From Phoronis australis (Eukaryota; Animalia; Phoronida): 64,000 bases of DNA. The translations under genes and the position numbers were made by a program. Below the pieces are notes generated by a model. The model saw only the letters and a list, made by a program, of their open reading frames with translations. It was not told where the DNA came from and ran no database searches. Position 1 is the stretch's first letter, and every line of letters begins with the position of its first letter. The stretch lies in the NCBI GenBank assembly GCA_002633005.1, contig NMRA01000085.1:231708-295707 (forward strand), given 5' to 3'. Positions 1 through 12,400 of the stretch are shown piece after piece.

Positions 1-826
1 TGATCATCAGCATCTGGGTAACAATGGATGAGTGATATTTCATGAAAATCCTTTCACCATAAGATTATGACGTGCCCTTGTAAATCTTCAGTACACCATA
101 GTTTTGTTAGCATTGTCTCTACTTTCTCTTTATGCCACAGTGCTGAGCGAGGAACTTGTGCTTAAAGTCACAAACTTCAAACTACAATAAATCAAATTGA
201 TGGTAGTCAATCATGCTACTGGATCTAACTTCAGAAACAGACAATGAATTCCATCCAATTAGGCGTTTTAAAAAAACTTCAAAAATTGAGTCTAGTTACC
301 ACTCTAGTAGGATTCAAAAGATGGCGCTGTATGTTGCTCTCATTAACCAGCAGTTTCAGTTTGGTATCCTTTACGTAAATGTTCGTTATATGACTTTGTT
401 ATGGTGCAGTGGATTTGTACATATCTTTCCAATAAATAACATTTCTTACATACATGTGTTGTTTGGTTGGCTTGATTTGATGATCTTACTGCAAACTGTT
501 CATTTAACACCTTCTGGTAAGTCCAGACGTGTGTTGAGTCACCACTGAAAACTCGCATAAGATTTCATGAACTGGAAGCACGTTAAATATCTAGTGCATT
601 ATCTAGAAAATGGTTGGTCTCAGTTCGCTTTGAAAATGTCATAGTTCTGTGTTGAGTTTATAGCTACCTGAAAAAAAGTTGATGCACAGCGCACACAAGT
701 TGTCAGTTTTCTAAATTATTTTTTAAATTGTATGGCTTTTCGTATCAGTTCGACGTTGATTGTCGTTTGGACAGAGATTATTTCTTAGTGTCACCAATAG
801 GTTCCAAACTATGCCACACTTTGGTG

Positions 827-891
827 CTCGCTGGTTCCCTGCGTGCCCCTAGATGGTCAGTATCCAGCTAGGTACGTAGGGAACCAGCGAG
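827..891. mobile_element. 65-bp minimal MITE (TIR pair with short spacer)
   Basis: CTCGCTGGTTCCCT at 827 and its reverse complement AGGGAACCAGCGAG ending at 891, flanked by a near-perfect 10-bp direct repeat cactttg(g/c)tg (817-826, 892-901). The same terminus recurs ending at about 9016. Confidence 0.6.
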
Positions 892-1160
892 CACTTTGCT
901 GCGTTTTTTACCAGTGCGCAACCAACAACAAATTCAGTTATGTGTTGAAAATCCAAATGAAAATTCGTGTGGACAAAATAACAACGTTTTCTGGTCTTTT
1001 GGAAAACCCACTGTCGGAAAACTATTGATCATATTAGCAAAAAAAAACATTTTATGTAAAATTTTGCTAAAAATCTAAATTTCCAAATGTTTTTTTCCGA
1101 CGAAAATGTACTTGTTGATTAGTCGTAAACAATGTGTATGTACCTTGTATTGCTTATTGT

Positions 1161-3161
1161 TATGCGCCCACATATTTATATGTGGACGCATTATGCCGTC
1201 ATCTCCGTCCGTCCGTCCGTCCGTCCGGGCGGCGTCTGGCGTCTGGCGTCCGGCGTCCGCTGCTCTATCTCCAAAACCCTTTGACATACGTTCATGAAAT
1301 TTGGCACATATGTTCCATTCATGAATGGGACGGCATGTGCGAACTTTCGGACGGATCCGACTACCGGTGTGCCCCCTAGTGGCAATTTTAGTTTTTTACG
1401 CTTACCTTTGTATCTTCAAAAGTCCTGAACGGATTTTCATGAAATTTGGTATGTAGGCACCTATTAGTGAGATGACGCTATCCTGCCGTTTTCGGATGGA
1501 TTCGACATAGTTTGCGCCACCTAGTGGCCATTTTTAGTGTTTTCAAGTCTGTTTTTGTGCTTCCACCCCTCTATCAACCAAACCGCTCAAAGGATGATTG
1601 TGAAAATTGGCATGTATGTGCTTACTATGTAGAGGACGGTTGACGATGATTTTCCGACGATTTCGACTACTGTGGCGCCTCCTAGTGGCAGTTTTGTTTT
1701 TTTTGCGCCTATGGCTGTATCTCCTAAACCGTTCGCAGGATCTTTACGAAATTGTGTAAGTATATTTATATGATGTTAACAACGGAAGATGACGACTTTT
1801 GGACGGATCCGACTACCGGTGTGCCCCCTAGTGGCAATTTTAATTTTTTTACGCTTACCTTTGTATCTTCACAAGTCCTTATTGGATTTTCATGAAATTT
1901 GGTATGTAGGCACCTATTAGTGAGATGACGCTATCCTCCCGTTTTCAGATGGATTCGACATAGTTTGCGCCACCTAGTGGCCATTTTTAGTGTTTTCGAG
2001 TCTGTTTTTGTGCGTCCACCCCTCTATCAACCAAACCGCTCAAAGGATGATTGTGAAAATTGGCATGTATATGCTTACTATGTAGAGGATGGTTGACGAT
2101 GATTTTCCGACGATTTCGACTACTGTGGCGCCTCCTAGTGGCAGTTTTGTTTTTTTGCGCCTATGGCTGTATCTCCTAAACCGTTCGCAGGATCTTTACA
2201 AATTGTGTAAGTATATTTATATGATGTTAACAACGGAAGATGACGACTTTTGGTCGGATCCGACTACCGGTGTGCCCCCTAGTGGCAATTTTAGTTTTTT
2301 ACGCTTACCTTTGTATCTTCAAAAGTATTGAACGGATTTTCATGAAATTTGGTATGTAGGCACCTATTAGTGAGATGACGCTATCCTACTGTTTTCAGAT
2401 GGATTCGACGTAGTTTGCGCCACCTAGTGGCCATTTTTACTGTTTTCGAGTCTGTATTTTTGCGTCCACCCCTCTATCAACCAAACCGCTCAAAGGATGA
2501 TTGTGAAAATTGGCGTGTATGTGCTTACTATAAGGAAGACAGCTGACAATGATTTTCAGACGATTTGGACTACTGTGGCGCCTCCTAGTGGCAGTTTTGT
2601 TTTTTTGCGCCCATGGCTGTATCTCCCAAACCGTTTGCAGGATCTTTACTAAATTTAGCAAGTGTATTTATGTGATGTTGACAACGGACGATGACGACTT
2701 TAGGATGATTCTGATTACCGGTATGCCTCTAGTGGCAATTTTAGTATTTGCCTCTAGTGGCAATTTTAGTATTTTACATTGACCTCTGTATTTTCATAGG
2801 TCTTCAGGTGTATACTTTGTGTTACTTCGTGACTGTGAAGGAAAAGTTCCAAGTAGAAATTTGTTTCTGGCATTCTAATGCTGTGCTAATCTCGTATGTT
2901 GGTAAATTTGTTTTTAATTCTATGTTTCTGTGGTGCTTTAAGCAACTGGTGTATAGGATGTGCTTGTATTATGAAGATTACTCACATTTTGCCCCTAGCC
3001 TATTGAGGAGACAATGACCATGCCTTTCCATTTTGCTAAGTACAACATACTACATATATGCTCTCTACTGGCCACTTTGTGGTACCAATAAACAACCCTA
3101 GAAGGATACCGTATGCGGTGCAATTGTGGGCGCATTTCAACGCTCTGCGTTGCTCTTGTTT
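1161..3161 (+). mobile_element. Non-autonomous Helentron-associated element (HINE/DINE-1/pearl-like) with internal tandem array
   Basis: 5' subterminal ATGCGCCCACA (1162) with an adjacent inverted copy (1181-1191); (GTCC)n/(GGCGTCT)n microsatellite at about 1205-1260; core tandem repeats; 3' subTIR TGTGGGCGCAT (3125-3135); short hairpin CAACGC...GCGTTG (3138-3152); T-rich ends. Confidence 0.8.
1345..2775 (+). repeat. Tandem array of about 452-bp units (about 3 copies), each made of three diverged ~150-bp subunits sharing CCTAGTGG
   Basis: CGGATCCGACTACCGGTGTGCCCCCTAGTGGC recurs at about 1352, 1804 and 2255, with a degenerate copy near 2705. CCTAGTGG recurs about every 150 bp. Confidence 0.9.
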
Positions 3162-4936
3162 GATGTGCCTTGTTTATATTCATGCCAGAGGAAAATGAAA
3201 ATCAACTTGAAAAACAACTTATGACATTTTCCCCGGCGACTTTCATTGTTTGTGTGATCGTTTGATGTTCTAAGTAATCTGATATTTCAAGCAGTTGGCT
3301 GGGCGCGTTGGGCGCACGTAAATGTTCGTCTTCGCCTTCGTTGAGACACGAAATGAATACTACACGGCATCGATAGGCTCATCGATGCCTTTACAATGTA
3401 AATGCATGTTAACAGAGCTCATTTGAATTGATACTCAAGTTTACCTGCCTTTAAAGAGCCTGAAACTACAAGGAGAGATGTGGTGTCAAAAATAGTACAT
3501 CTTTTTGAAGCAAAAATTAATAACTTTCTGTAGATGTATGTAGTTGACAGAAATTTAAATGAACCTTTTGTAGAGTTACTAACTCACAAAGTAAACCCTT
3601 TTGAGGGAAGTTTGTCCGAAAAGACACCATCTCTTACTGAAACTGGTCCCTAAAAGTCACACTTCTGTTGCTTAAAGTCCGATTTGTTGTAAAATAAAAC
3701 GGTAAAATCTTTGAATTGCCTGAAACAGTACGTGTTCACCTGCTTTTGGCAAAAGTAAACATTTTAATTTTTATCCATCGAGTAAATTTAACGTAATATA
3801 AAGGGCGTTTTAAACATTATAAAAATAAATAAAATGCTTTTAACTGTTAATCACCAATTGCCATGGAAGCACGGAACCCAGTAGTGTTCTGGTCCCAAGG
3901 TAGCGGCTGGTAGAAATGGAACGGTGACAGCTGTTGCCGGCGATATCTGCATTTTCTCAGGTAGAGCTTGATTCACTTGGGATTTGTTTCGGTACCCCTG
4001 TCCTGCTTGGACTGTTTTGTTGATGGAAGTTGAATGTGCGGTGGTATTTCTTGATTTGTGGACGAGAATACACCTTCCATTAACTTTTTTGTCTTGTTTG
4101 TTTTTCCTTTTTGATAAAGCTGCTGTAAACCAACTTTCCGTCCAAGAAACGAACTGTTGATTTAGACTACCTACCGCTGAAATATTAGTCTGAACTTGAG
4201 AAGCAATTTCTTGGTTCGCAAAGAACTGCGAGTTCGTTATTCCTTGAGATCAAGCTTGGCGCCTAAAATGACGTCGTGACAAGCCAATCCTAGAGCCTGG
4301 CCACCAATTTAACTGGGAAACAACTTGAAGAGTAAGTGAACAGGTCTAAATCAAAGGTTATTTCTTGGGTATGAAAGGTGGGTTTGTTCAGTTCGCGCTT
4401 TCACGCAATGAAGCAAACAAAAGATCAATGATATTAATGTGTTATATTGTCATTGTCATATGCATGAATAATCGCAAATGTAGCTACATGATGTCTCAAG
4501 AGTATTGGACGCTTTTTAAACTATAATAACTTGACAAAGAGTTGAGCAGATGTATTTAAAAGATATTTTCTGGGAACATGGCCAATTAATGGGTGAAAGT
4601 TTTAATCCTCTGTCGTTTGAAAATTGCATTTTTAAAAATGGACACCGCCACTCATTTGTTCGGCTATTTACAATAGCCTGGTTCCAACCTCCAGTCCAGC
4701 GGACTTAAATGCGAGGCAAAGTGCATTGTACTGACCTCCTTATTTTAAAAGTCACGTGAGTTGATTAGCCCGATGTGTTTCTCTTGAGCGCTGCGCATGA
4801 TGCAGCTGTGCCAGTATCACCAACACAGTGCTGACAGTAAGATAATACAATTAATGTGCTGTCGTTACTCAGCGGATATCGGCACTAAAATAAAGAGAAT
4901 TATGGTGATGAGGGGATCAATCTGTTTCCGTGATGC

Positions 4937-5002
4937 ATGGGCGGCGCAGCACTGAAATAAGTGAGGCTTTAGCCCTCAAGCACCTATGGTGCGGCACCCA
5001 TG
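4937..5002. mobile_element. Short MITE, CATGGGCGG...CCATG family
   Basis: Same termini and internal GCACTGAAA...GGCT(T/A)TAGCCC as the two copies at 7582-7733. Confidence 0.55.
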
Positions 5003-6234
5003 TGTAGGGAGGGCCAAACTTCGTCGATAAGTTGGTTCACGTCATTTCAGTGACCAATCACGGGTCCGAATTGATTGGAGCCGTTTAGTCTCTGCTACGT
5101 ACCGCATTAGTCCATATTTACCACGTCAGCTGTTACATTACCTAACGCATGAGCTGCATGGCATTCTGGCAATTTATCATCCTTAATAAGTTCAGGTGTT
5201 GCTTGCGGCTTTCTGTGTAGAGTCTTTCGATTGAGCTTCCCCCCTAAAGTATAGAATGTATTCATGCAGGTATTTCGTGTGCAAGGCCCAAGGAACATAT
5301 CGAAAACGTGACCTAGAGTTTTACCGTTTAGTTTCTTAAGTCAACGAGCTGGCTTTGGAATGAAGAAAATGACAACTGCTATAACAGTTCACCTGAGACT
5401 CTGGCGATGACTTCACAATTATGTTCTTCCAAAGAATGATCCAATGACGCATTGCATACCACACGGAGTACTTTACGCGAGAAGTGTGAAGTACTGTCAA
5501 AATACATCAATAATTTTCCAGTTAGTGCACAAATGTACTCAAATAAAACTCTAAAGCAGGCTGTCTATCACATGGACTTGACTGTATCACCGCGTAAAGT
5601 GCTTCAAGTAAAAATTGAAGATAAAATACGTCCATAATTTTGAAACGTACGGTAAAAATGAAAATACAGTAGGACTGGGTAGTCGCCGAGCGCCACTCAC
5701 ATCTCGGTGTATTTACCCACCGGCGTGGCAGTACCGAAACCCCGTCAAGCAAATTTGTATCCTCGTTTTTGCACCATAGGAGTTTCACGTATCACTTCAT
5801 CTTGTCGGACACTTTACAAGCTTTTCTTGACTGCATTACTAAATTCGTCACCAACGAAGCATTACTGCTGTGCTTAGGTCTCCAACGTGAGAAAGTTGGG
5901 TTGAAACTCAAATGACAAGTATGCGTGGATGCAGATGTTAAATTCTTTGCCTTCTCAACATCTCAACGTGAACAAAGACAAAAATGTGGAGCGAGTGCAA
6001 GAAACTTTTTCGTCGGGTTACTTTTGGATCTGTAAAAATACCATTTTCTGAAGACATCTTTTAATTTCCGGTATTTTTGTACTCCGCTTGAAATCCGGAA
6101 TATTTCCACGGCCACACACCTCGACGGTTTCCGTGAAAATGTGCCTGACAATCCAAAACGAGGCCAGCGAAAACAACACGCTTTCTTACCTCCGGGACAA
6201 AAGAGAATTCTCATCGCTGTCACAGCGGTGTAAT

Positions 6235-6372
6235 CCTGGTGTGCGTTCAGTAACGCTCTATAGGATCTACGCTCGGACTTAGCTAAAATCTAATTAAAGA
6301 CACGGCAATATCTCACGTAATCTCGCAAAATCTTGCTTTTTAGCGAGGTCCTAGCGATAGTAGGACCGAGCC
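6235..6372. mobile_element. Dispersed MITE family (GGTGCGTTCAGTA.../TATCTCACGTAATCTCGC/GGTCCTAGCG core)
   Basis: Related copies or cores at about 23915-23970, 25321-25460, 37275-37424 and 41700-41820. Confidence 0.6.
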
Positions 6373-7581
6373 TCCTCAGGGGGTCAGGTTCCATCGACAC
6401 AGGGACAGATAAAAAGATATCCCGGATTCCGCGGCAAAAGACCCCCACACGACCTTCAAGACAACAAGCCAACCCAAAAACATTAACCCCACGATCGGAC
6501 AGGACGCCCAGGCAACGAAACACCGCAACGGCGTACTTTCTGTCGAGCATTGTTTGATGAAAAACAAATATTCCTACGAGTGACATTTCGAGGTCTATAC
6601 TAGCGTAGTATAGCAAATCAGGGATTCCGATTACCTGTATAGAATTGGCACTTATTGACTTGTGTTCTTTTGTAAGAATATGAATTTTCATTTTACCTAT
6701 CCAAAAAGCGTATAGGAATTAATTTTTCCGGCGCAAATATGTGTACGAATTATTTTTCCCTCGGACTCCTACTGTACGAAATATTAGCCGAGACAAACCC
6801 CATGTTTCAATTGGGCCGAGTACGAACTAATAGAGTGTACGAACTATGAGAGAAAACACCTTTAAGTAGTTGTTGTGATATGCCGTTTTACTATATGCGA
6901 ATTTTAGACAAAATTTGCGTTCTAGTGCTGCTAAAGTTGCGCTGCGATGTTTTGCGTCAGCTTTCGGCAACATCGATGAAATAGTGCGTCACCTATTGGC
7001 CAGTTTCTTTTTTCCCAATTCTTCAATCAAGGTTCTTCCTCCACGATGTTGCGTATATGTCACAACAAATTAATCGTCAATGGAACTCAAAAGTCGAAAT
7101 AATATTTTTGTTTTTCAGTATTGAAACTATTTTTGGAGGAAGTACTCAATAATCTGAAATTAACTAAATATACCCTCGGCGAGATAACGTGTTGAGAGTA
7201 TCGGATTGAAATTCGCCCACAGACAAGTTGGACGAGTTTTACCGATAAAAATCAAATAAAAAAGCCAATATAATATAAGTTACATTTTATTATTGACAAT
7301 TTTTACAAACAAATGCAGAAAAAGACTGGAAAGTACTTAGAAATGCTCCCTAAAAGTTTGAGGCTTTTAACTGCCAGCGGTCTCAGAACTTAAAATTGAA
7401 AAATTGTTAGGGCTTCTTATCCGATCCCGGGATAGCTGTTTTAAAGGTCGGGGTTCGTGTTTTGAAAGTGCGGAGTCTGTTTTCGACTCCGGGATGTCTG
7501 TTTTACACCCGGTCGGGGTTCCTCATGACACCGGCCCTATTATATCGCTTGCTGCCGCTTTACTCGTGATCGCGGTTCTCA

Positions 7582-7733
7582 ACATGGGCGGCACAGCCGC
7601 TCTGAAAAATGTGGGGCTATAGCCCCCCAGTCCCCCCTGTGGTGCACCGCCCATAGACCGTGGGCGTCACAGCACTGAAAAATTGGGGCTATAGCCCCCC
7701 CCCCAGCCCGGGCCCCAAGGTGCACCGCCCATG
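7582..7733. mobile_element. Two adjacent short MITE copies (C(A/G)TGGGCG...CCGCCCAT)
   Basis: Two ~70-bp units, each with inverted ends and a GGGGCTATAGCCCC palindrome. Confidence 0.6.
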
Positions 7734-8324
7734 CTCAGCCCGTAGGTCGCACTCCCCAGTCGTACTTCCGTCACGGTGACACGCAAGTCCATATGCTCGG
7801 ACGATTTCAATGTGTTTGGATTTGGTCACAAAATGTATAATTTGCCTAGTTGTAATGTAAACTGGTATAAGTTTTGTATTTTCACACCGTGCATGTATCG
7901 CGTTCAATTCTCTACGTCACGACTGAACCACACACCGTTGTAATTCGGCTGGGTACTTGCAGGGCACCGACTCAGTTCCGCGTCTGACTGAATAGCGCTA
8001 CCGCCTCGTTAAACAACGAGGACAACGGATTTTAAAAAGCACTATCACTGATAATGTGCCTTTCTTTTTTACTAGGTCTGTATCGACTTTTCAGACACCC
8101 GCAGTGACCCGACATGCAGCCCACGGGTGCTCGCAGCGCTATTTCAGATGACGTGTTTACGCGAATGAGACTTCTGTGTTCAGTACCTGCCAGTGCAACA
8201 GACTACCGCTTCTCAAAATCGAAACTACATAGTGCTTGGTACAAACACTTTACACCCCCAGCAGCAGCAACCTATCAATCCATCAATCAAGTCAGTGCTG
8301 GCCTAGTTCCGGCCGTCAGCGCGC

Positions 8325-9456
8325 AGTCAGGTTTACTGCAAGTAACCTGCTGTGAGTCATCCAGACTGCAGTATATCTGTTTCGCATCCTCCCAAACAAG
8401 GCCATGACTTACGGTCATGTCACATACCGGTAGTTTAAACTGCTCCACCTAATCAAACTGAAAATTATAAAAGTATACAGGGGTAAAAATTAAGAATGTT
8501 TGCTTGCGATACATCAAATTATCAAGCTCTCGTTTATTATGTTAGCCCCCTGGTTTTACATGTCTGATCAATGTTAATGCATGCTCCCTTGAACTCTGAT
8601 AAAGATTGGGTGTAGTAGGTTGTGTACGTGCGTGGTTCTACACCATAAACAACACAACTGCCTTCGGGCGTGGCTAGTTTCTGGTGCGTGAAGTCAATTT
8701 CACTTGGAGTGAAAGAAAGAGAGTGTGTATCTGCTGTGTTCTTCCGAACCTCAGGTAAGTTTCATGNACATAATGTGTGTTTATTGTGCATGTATGTGTT
8801 TCAAGCACGCGGCTATTAAACATCACTGCAGAAACGAAATAGTTGCTGCGACGCCACTTGCATGACAAGGCTAAAAATCGTTCACAGTCCGCCATTTTTT
8901 CAAGGTGTTGTAAAGCTAACCAATGACTGCGAAGATTACATCGACCAATGCTAAAGCGCGTGCCACTAGGTGATACCTGCGTGCTGGCTGGGCTAAGCAC
9001 GCAGGGAACCAGCGAGTCAGGTTTACTGCAAGTAACCTGCTGTGAGTCATCCAGACTGCAGTATATCTGTTTCGCATCCTCCCAAACAAGGCCATGACTT
9101 ACGGTCATGTCACATACCGGTTGTTTAAACTGATCCACCTAATCAAACTGAAAATTATAAAAGTATACAGGCGTAAAAATTAAGAATGTTTGCTTGCGAT
9201 ACATCAAATTATCAAGCTCTCGTTTATTATGTTAGCCCCCTGGTTTTACATGTCTGATCAATGTTAATGCATGCTCCCTTGAACTCTGATAAAGATTGGG
9301 TGTAGTAGGTTGTGTTCGTGCGTGGTTCTACACCATAAACAACACAACTGCCTTCGGGCGTGGCTAGTTTCTGGTGCGTGAAGTCAATTTCACTTGGAGT
9401 GAAAGAAAGAGAGTGTGTATCTGCTGTGTTCTTCCGAACCTCAGGTAAGTTTCATG
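8325..9456 (+). repeat. Near-identical ~440-bp duplication (8325-8766 vs 9015-9456) across the N at 8767
   Basis: Sequence identity visible by eye with only a few SNPs. The first copy ends exactly at the N. Confidence 0.9.
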
Positions 9457-12400
9457 ACGGCTCGTTACGCAGCGCTTCCGCCTTTCAGCAATAGCAATGC
9501 CGCGGCGCTGCAACCGGTGACCACAATAGGGGTAATGATTGGAAACCCGCTGTTGGAGTTAATTTCAGTGCTGCGCACTCGTGGATCATCCGTGTAAGAA
9601 TAAATAACGGAATTAATTGTTGAACTATTAATCTACCTTAGAAAATGTGTTGTTGGATGCATTGTTGTATCTTTATCGCCCTAGTATCTTGTATTAATTC
9701 ATTTCATCGCCAATCACAGCAAAATGGGGATCGCTGGTTGACTCGTTGGAGCTATAGTGAGCAATAAAATCAGAGCACTATCTCAGGGCATGTCTTGGAG
9801 CATCGTGAATAAAATTGAGAACTGAGAAACACTAGGAGTGACATTGAATTTACGAAGATTGAAAAATTTGAGGGGGGGGGTGTCCCGGGGGGGTCCCTTG
9901 AAGTCCCTACTTTTTCAAATTGAGTATGTTTACCACCAACTTTATACATTCCACATATGCAGTTTAACCACAAAGCCAGTTTATTTTTGTTGTTACATCT
10001 CCTCAAATCTTTACACTTAATTGAATTTCAGACTCCGCACAGCTGTTGATTCCACTACTCCGCTGAAAATATAGCATTAGATTAATTTTAAAAAGATTGA
10101 CATGAAAATATTTGAGAGATTTGAAACATCTTTTGAGTGGTAGAGTAAAGAGGTTCAAAGGGTCATAATCGGCGCGAAATGTGATTTTCTGAGACCAGCC
10201 TCATCGAACCTGTTACCCCGCGATCGCACCCAAACTTGCTGCTGGCGGAGCTAAATGGCATTTGGTAATGGCAGAGTATTTGATGCGAATTAAAGTTTTA
10301 AAGTCACTAACCTTGGACGTAGACAACATCGAAAATTGCCGATTTGTAGCAAAATGACAAAAGAACGTAGGCCTATTTTGTTGTTTTATAGCTCCCGTCA
10401 AAGCTTAATAACTACCCCATCAAACAGTAACCCAAAAATGCGTGTTCAGCTGTACCAACGCCCGTTTAGGATGTCACGCCATTAAATACTCCCCAGGATC
10501 ATTTTCAGCGTTCCAAACGATACGAGGTCAAAATTTAATGCTACATCGACGTTATTCATATTGTCCTGGCAACATATCGTGATATAAAGTTATCGTATTT
10601 GCTTTCAATAAATTCGAATTTCGTATGACACCTGACTGATGGCCACATACAGGTGAGAAAGTCAGCTGCTGGGTGGAGTCAGGCTGTTGTTGCTATTTAT
10701 TGGAAAATTTTGCTTTGCGATAAAAAGCAACGTCCATTCAGTTGCGAACTTTGAATCGGTGTACAATGGACCAATTATTTGCGAGTTTGATCACGTGCTA
10801 AATATGTATTCTTTTACTCAAACGTCTTTAAAAGACTGTGTGACAGCTGAGTGAATCTACTGATTTCCAAGTGGGTCCAGTCAGAAATTTTAAAATAAAT
10901 TAGAACACATAGATTGATGTATCAAGAGTATTAAAATAAACGTACCAATGTACCAGTATCTATTTTCTGAAGGCGGGGACATTGGGCGAGTTCGTGACAG
11001 CCGTCCCAAGCCCTTTACAAGCGATGGTTATGGAATTCTAATCATGTCCTTCTGTTAGCGCGTTCTGGTTTTACTCGTTAGCGCGTTAGGCAGCACGGAT
11101 TTCAAGAACGGGTTGCCGATTCAGATTTGTACACAACTGTTTAGTCTGTAAGTAGGCGTTCGACCTGTTGACCCTTTCATTCGTGCGTGAATGTCGTTCA
11201 GTCTGGGAGGCGCAATGGAATCCGTCTTACTGACGGCAGTCGGCGCTATGGAATGAGAAATTATCCCGGAGAAGACGCTTGTGGGGGTGACTTAATTGTT
11301 AGAGGAAGGAACACAGTTTCAATGAGAGAACACCACACTGGACTAAGACTGACTTCATCCTGCGTGACACCCCTTTTTGGATCAATCGTAGAAATCTGAT
11401 CTTGCCTTGAAAAATATCCAGCTGACAAGAATGAACTCAGAACTCATTGTCATTCTGCCAGTTTGTTTACTATCGTTGATTTGGCGGCCTATTGGATTGC
11501 GAAGTTATTGACTGATCTGGGTCAGTGGCCCCGGGAAATGTAAATAATTAATAACATAATAATTAATAATATAATAATTGGTAACATAATAATTAATAAC
11601 ATCATGTAGAAATCAGAATCCTTGTCTGGAAGTCAAAAGTTTAGATCCGGGACATTTTTAAATATTTTAACTCCAACGAAGGTTTGGCAAGCCAAACTCT
11701 GCACACGTCTACACGTGTACAACCTTAATCGAATTAACGCGTTATTCAGTGCAGACCCAGATTAACGCGTCCACCAGTTAACGTAGACCAACCCTCTAAT
11801 GAGTCTTTAGAACAAAAAGTCACACCCNGAAGTCAATTTCACTTGGAGTGAAAGAAAGAGAGTGTGTATCTGCTGTGTTCTTCCGAACCTCAGGTAAGTT
11901 TCATGACGGCTCGTTACGCAGCGCTTCCGCCTTTCAGCAATAGCAATGCCGCGGCGCTGCAACCGGTGACCACAATAGGGGTAATGATTGGAAAGCCGCT
12001 GTTGGAGTTAATTTCAGTGCTGCGCACTCGTGGATCATCCGTGTAAGAATAAATAACGGAATTAATTGTTGAACTATTAATCTACCTTAGAAAATGTGTT
12101 GTTGGATGCATTGTTGTATCTTTATCGCCCTAGTATCTTGTATTAATTCATTTCATCGCCAATCACAGCAAAATGGGGATCGCTGGTTGACTCGTTGGAG
12201 CTATAGTGAGCAATAAAACCAGAGCACTATCTCAGGACATGTCTTGGAGCATCGTGAATAAAATTGAGAACTGAGAAACACTAGGAGTGACATTGAATTT
12301 ACGAAGATTGAAAAATTTGAGGGGGGGGGTGTCCCGGGGGGGTCCCTTGAAGTCCCTACTTTTTCAAATTGAGTATGTTTACCACCAACTTTATACATTC

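Noticed and set aside
1345-2775. CRISPR-like array of recurring motifs
   Set aside because: The sequences between motifs are themselves repeated (tandem repeat within a HINE), the context is eukaryotic and there are no cas genes.
3850-6230. Possible decayed coding sequence
   Set aside because: Some coding-like composition, but I could not recognise any consistent domain motifs.
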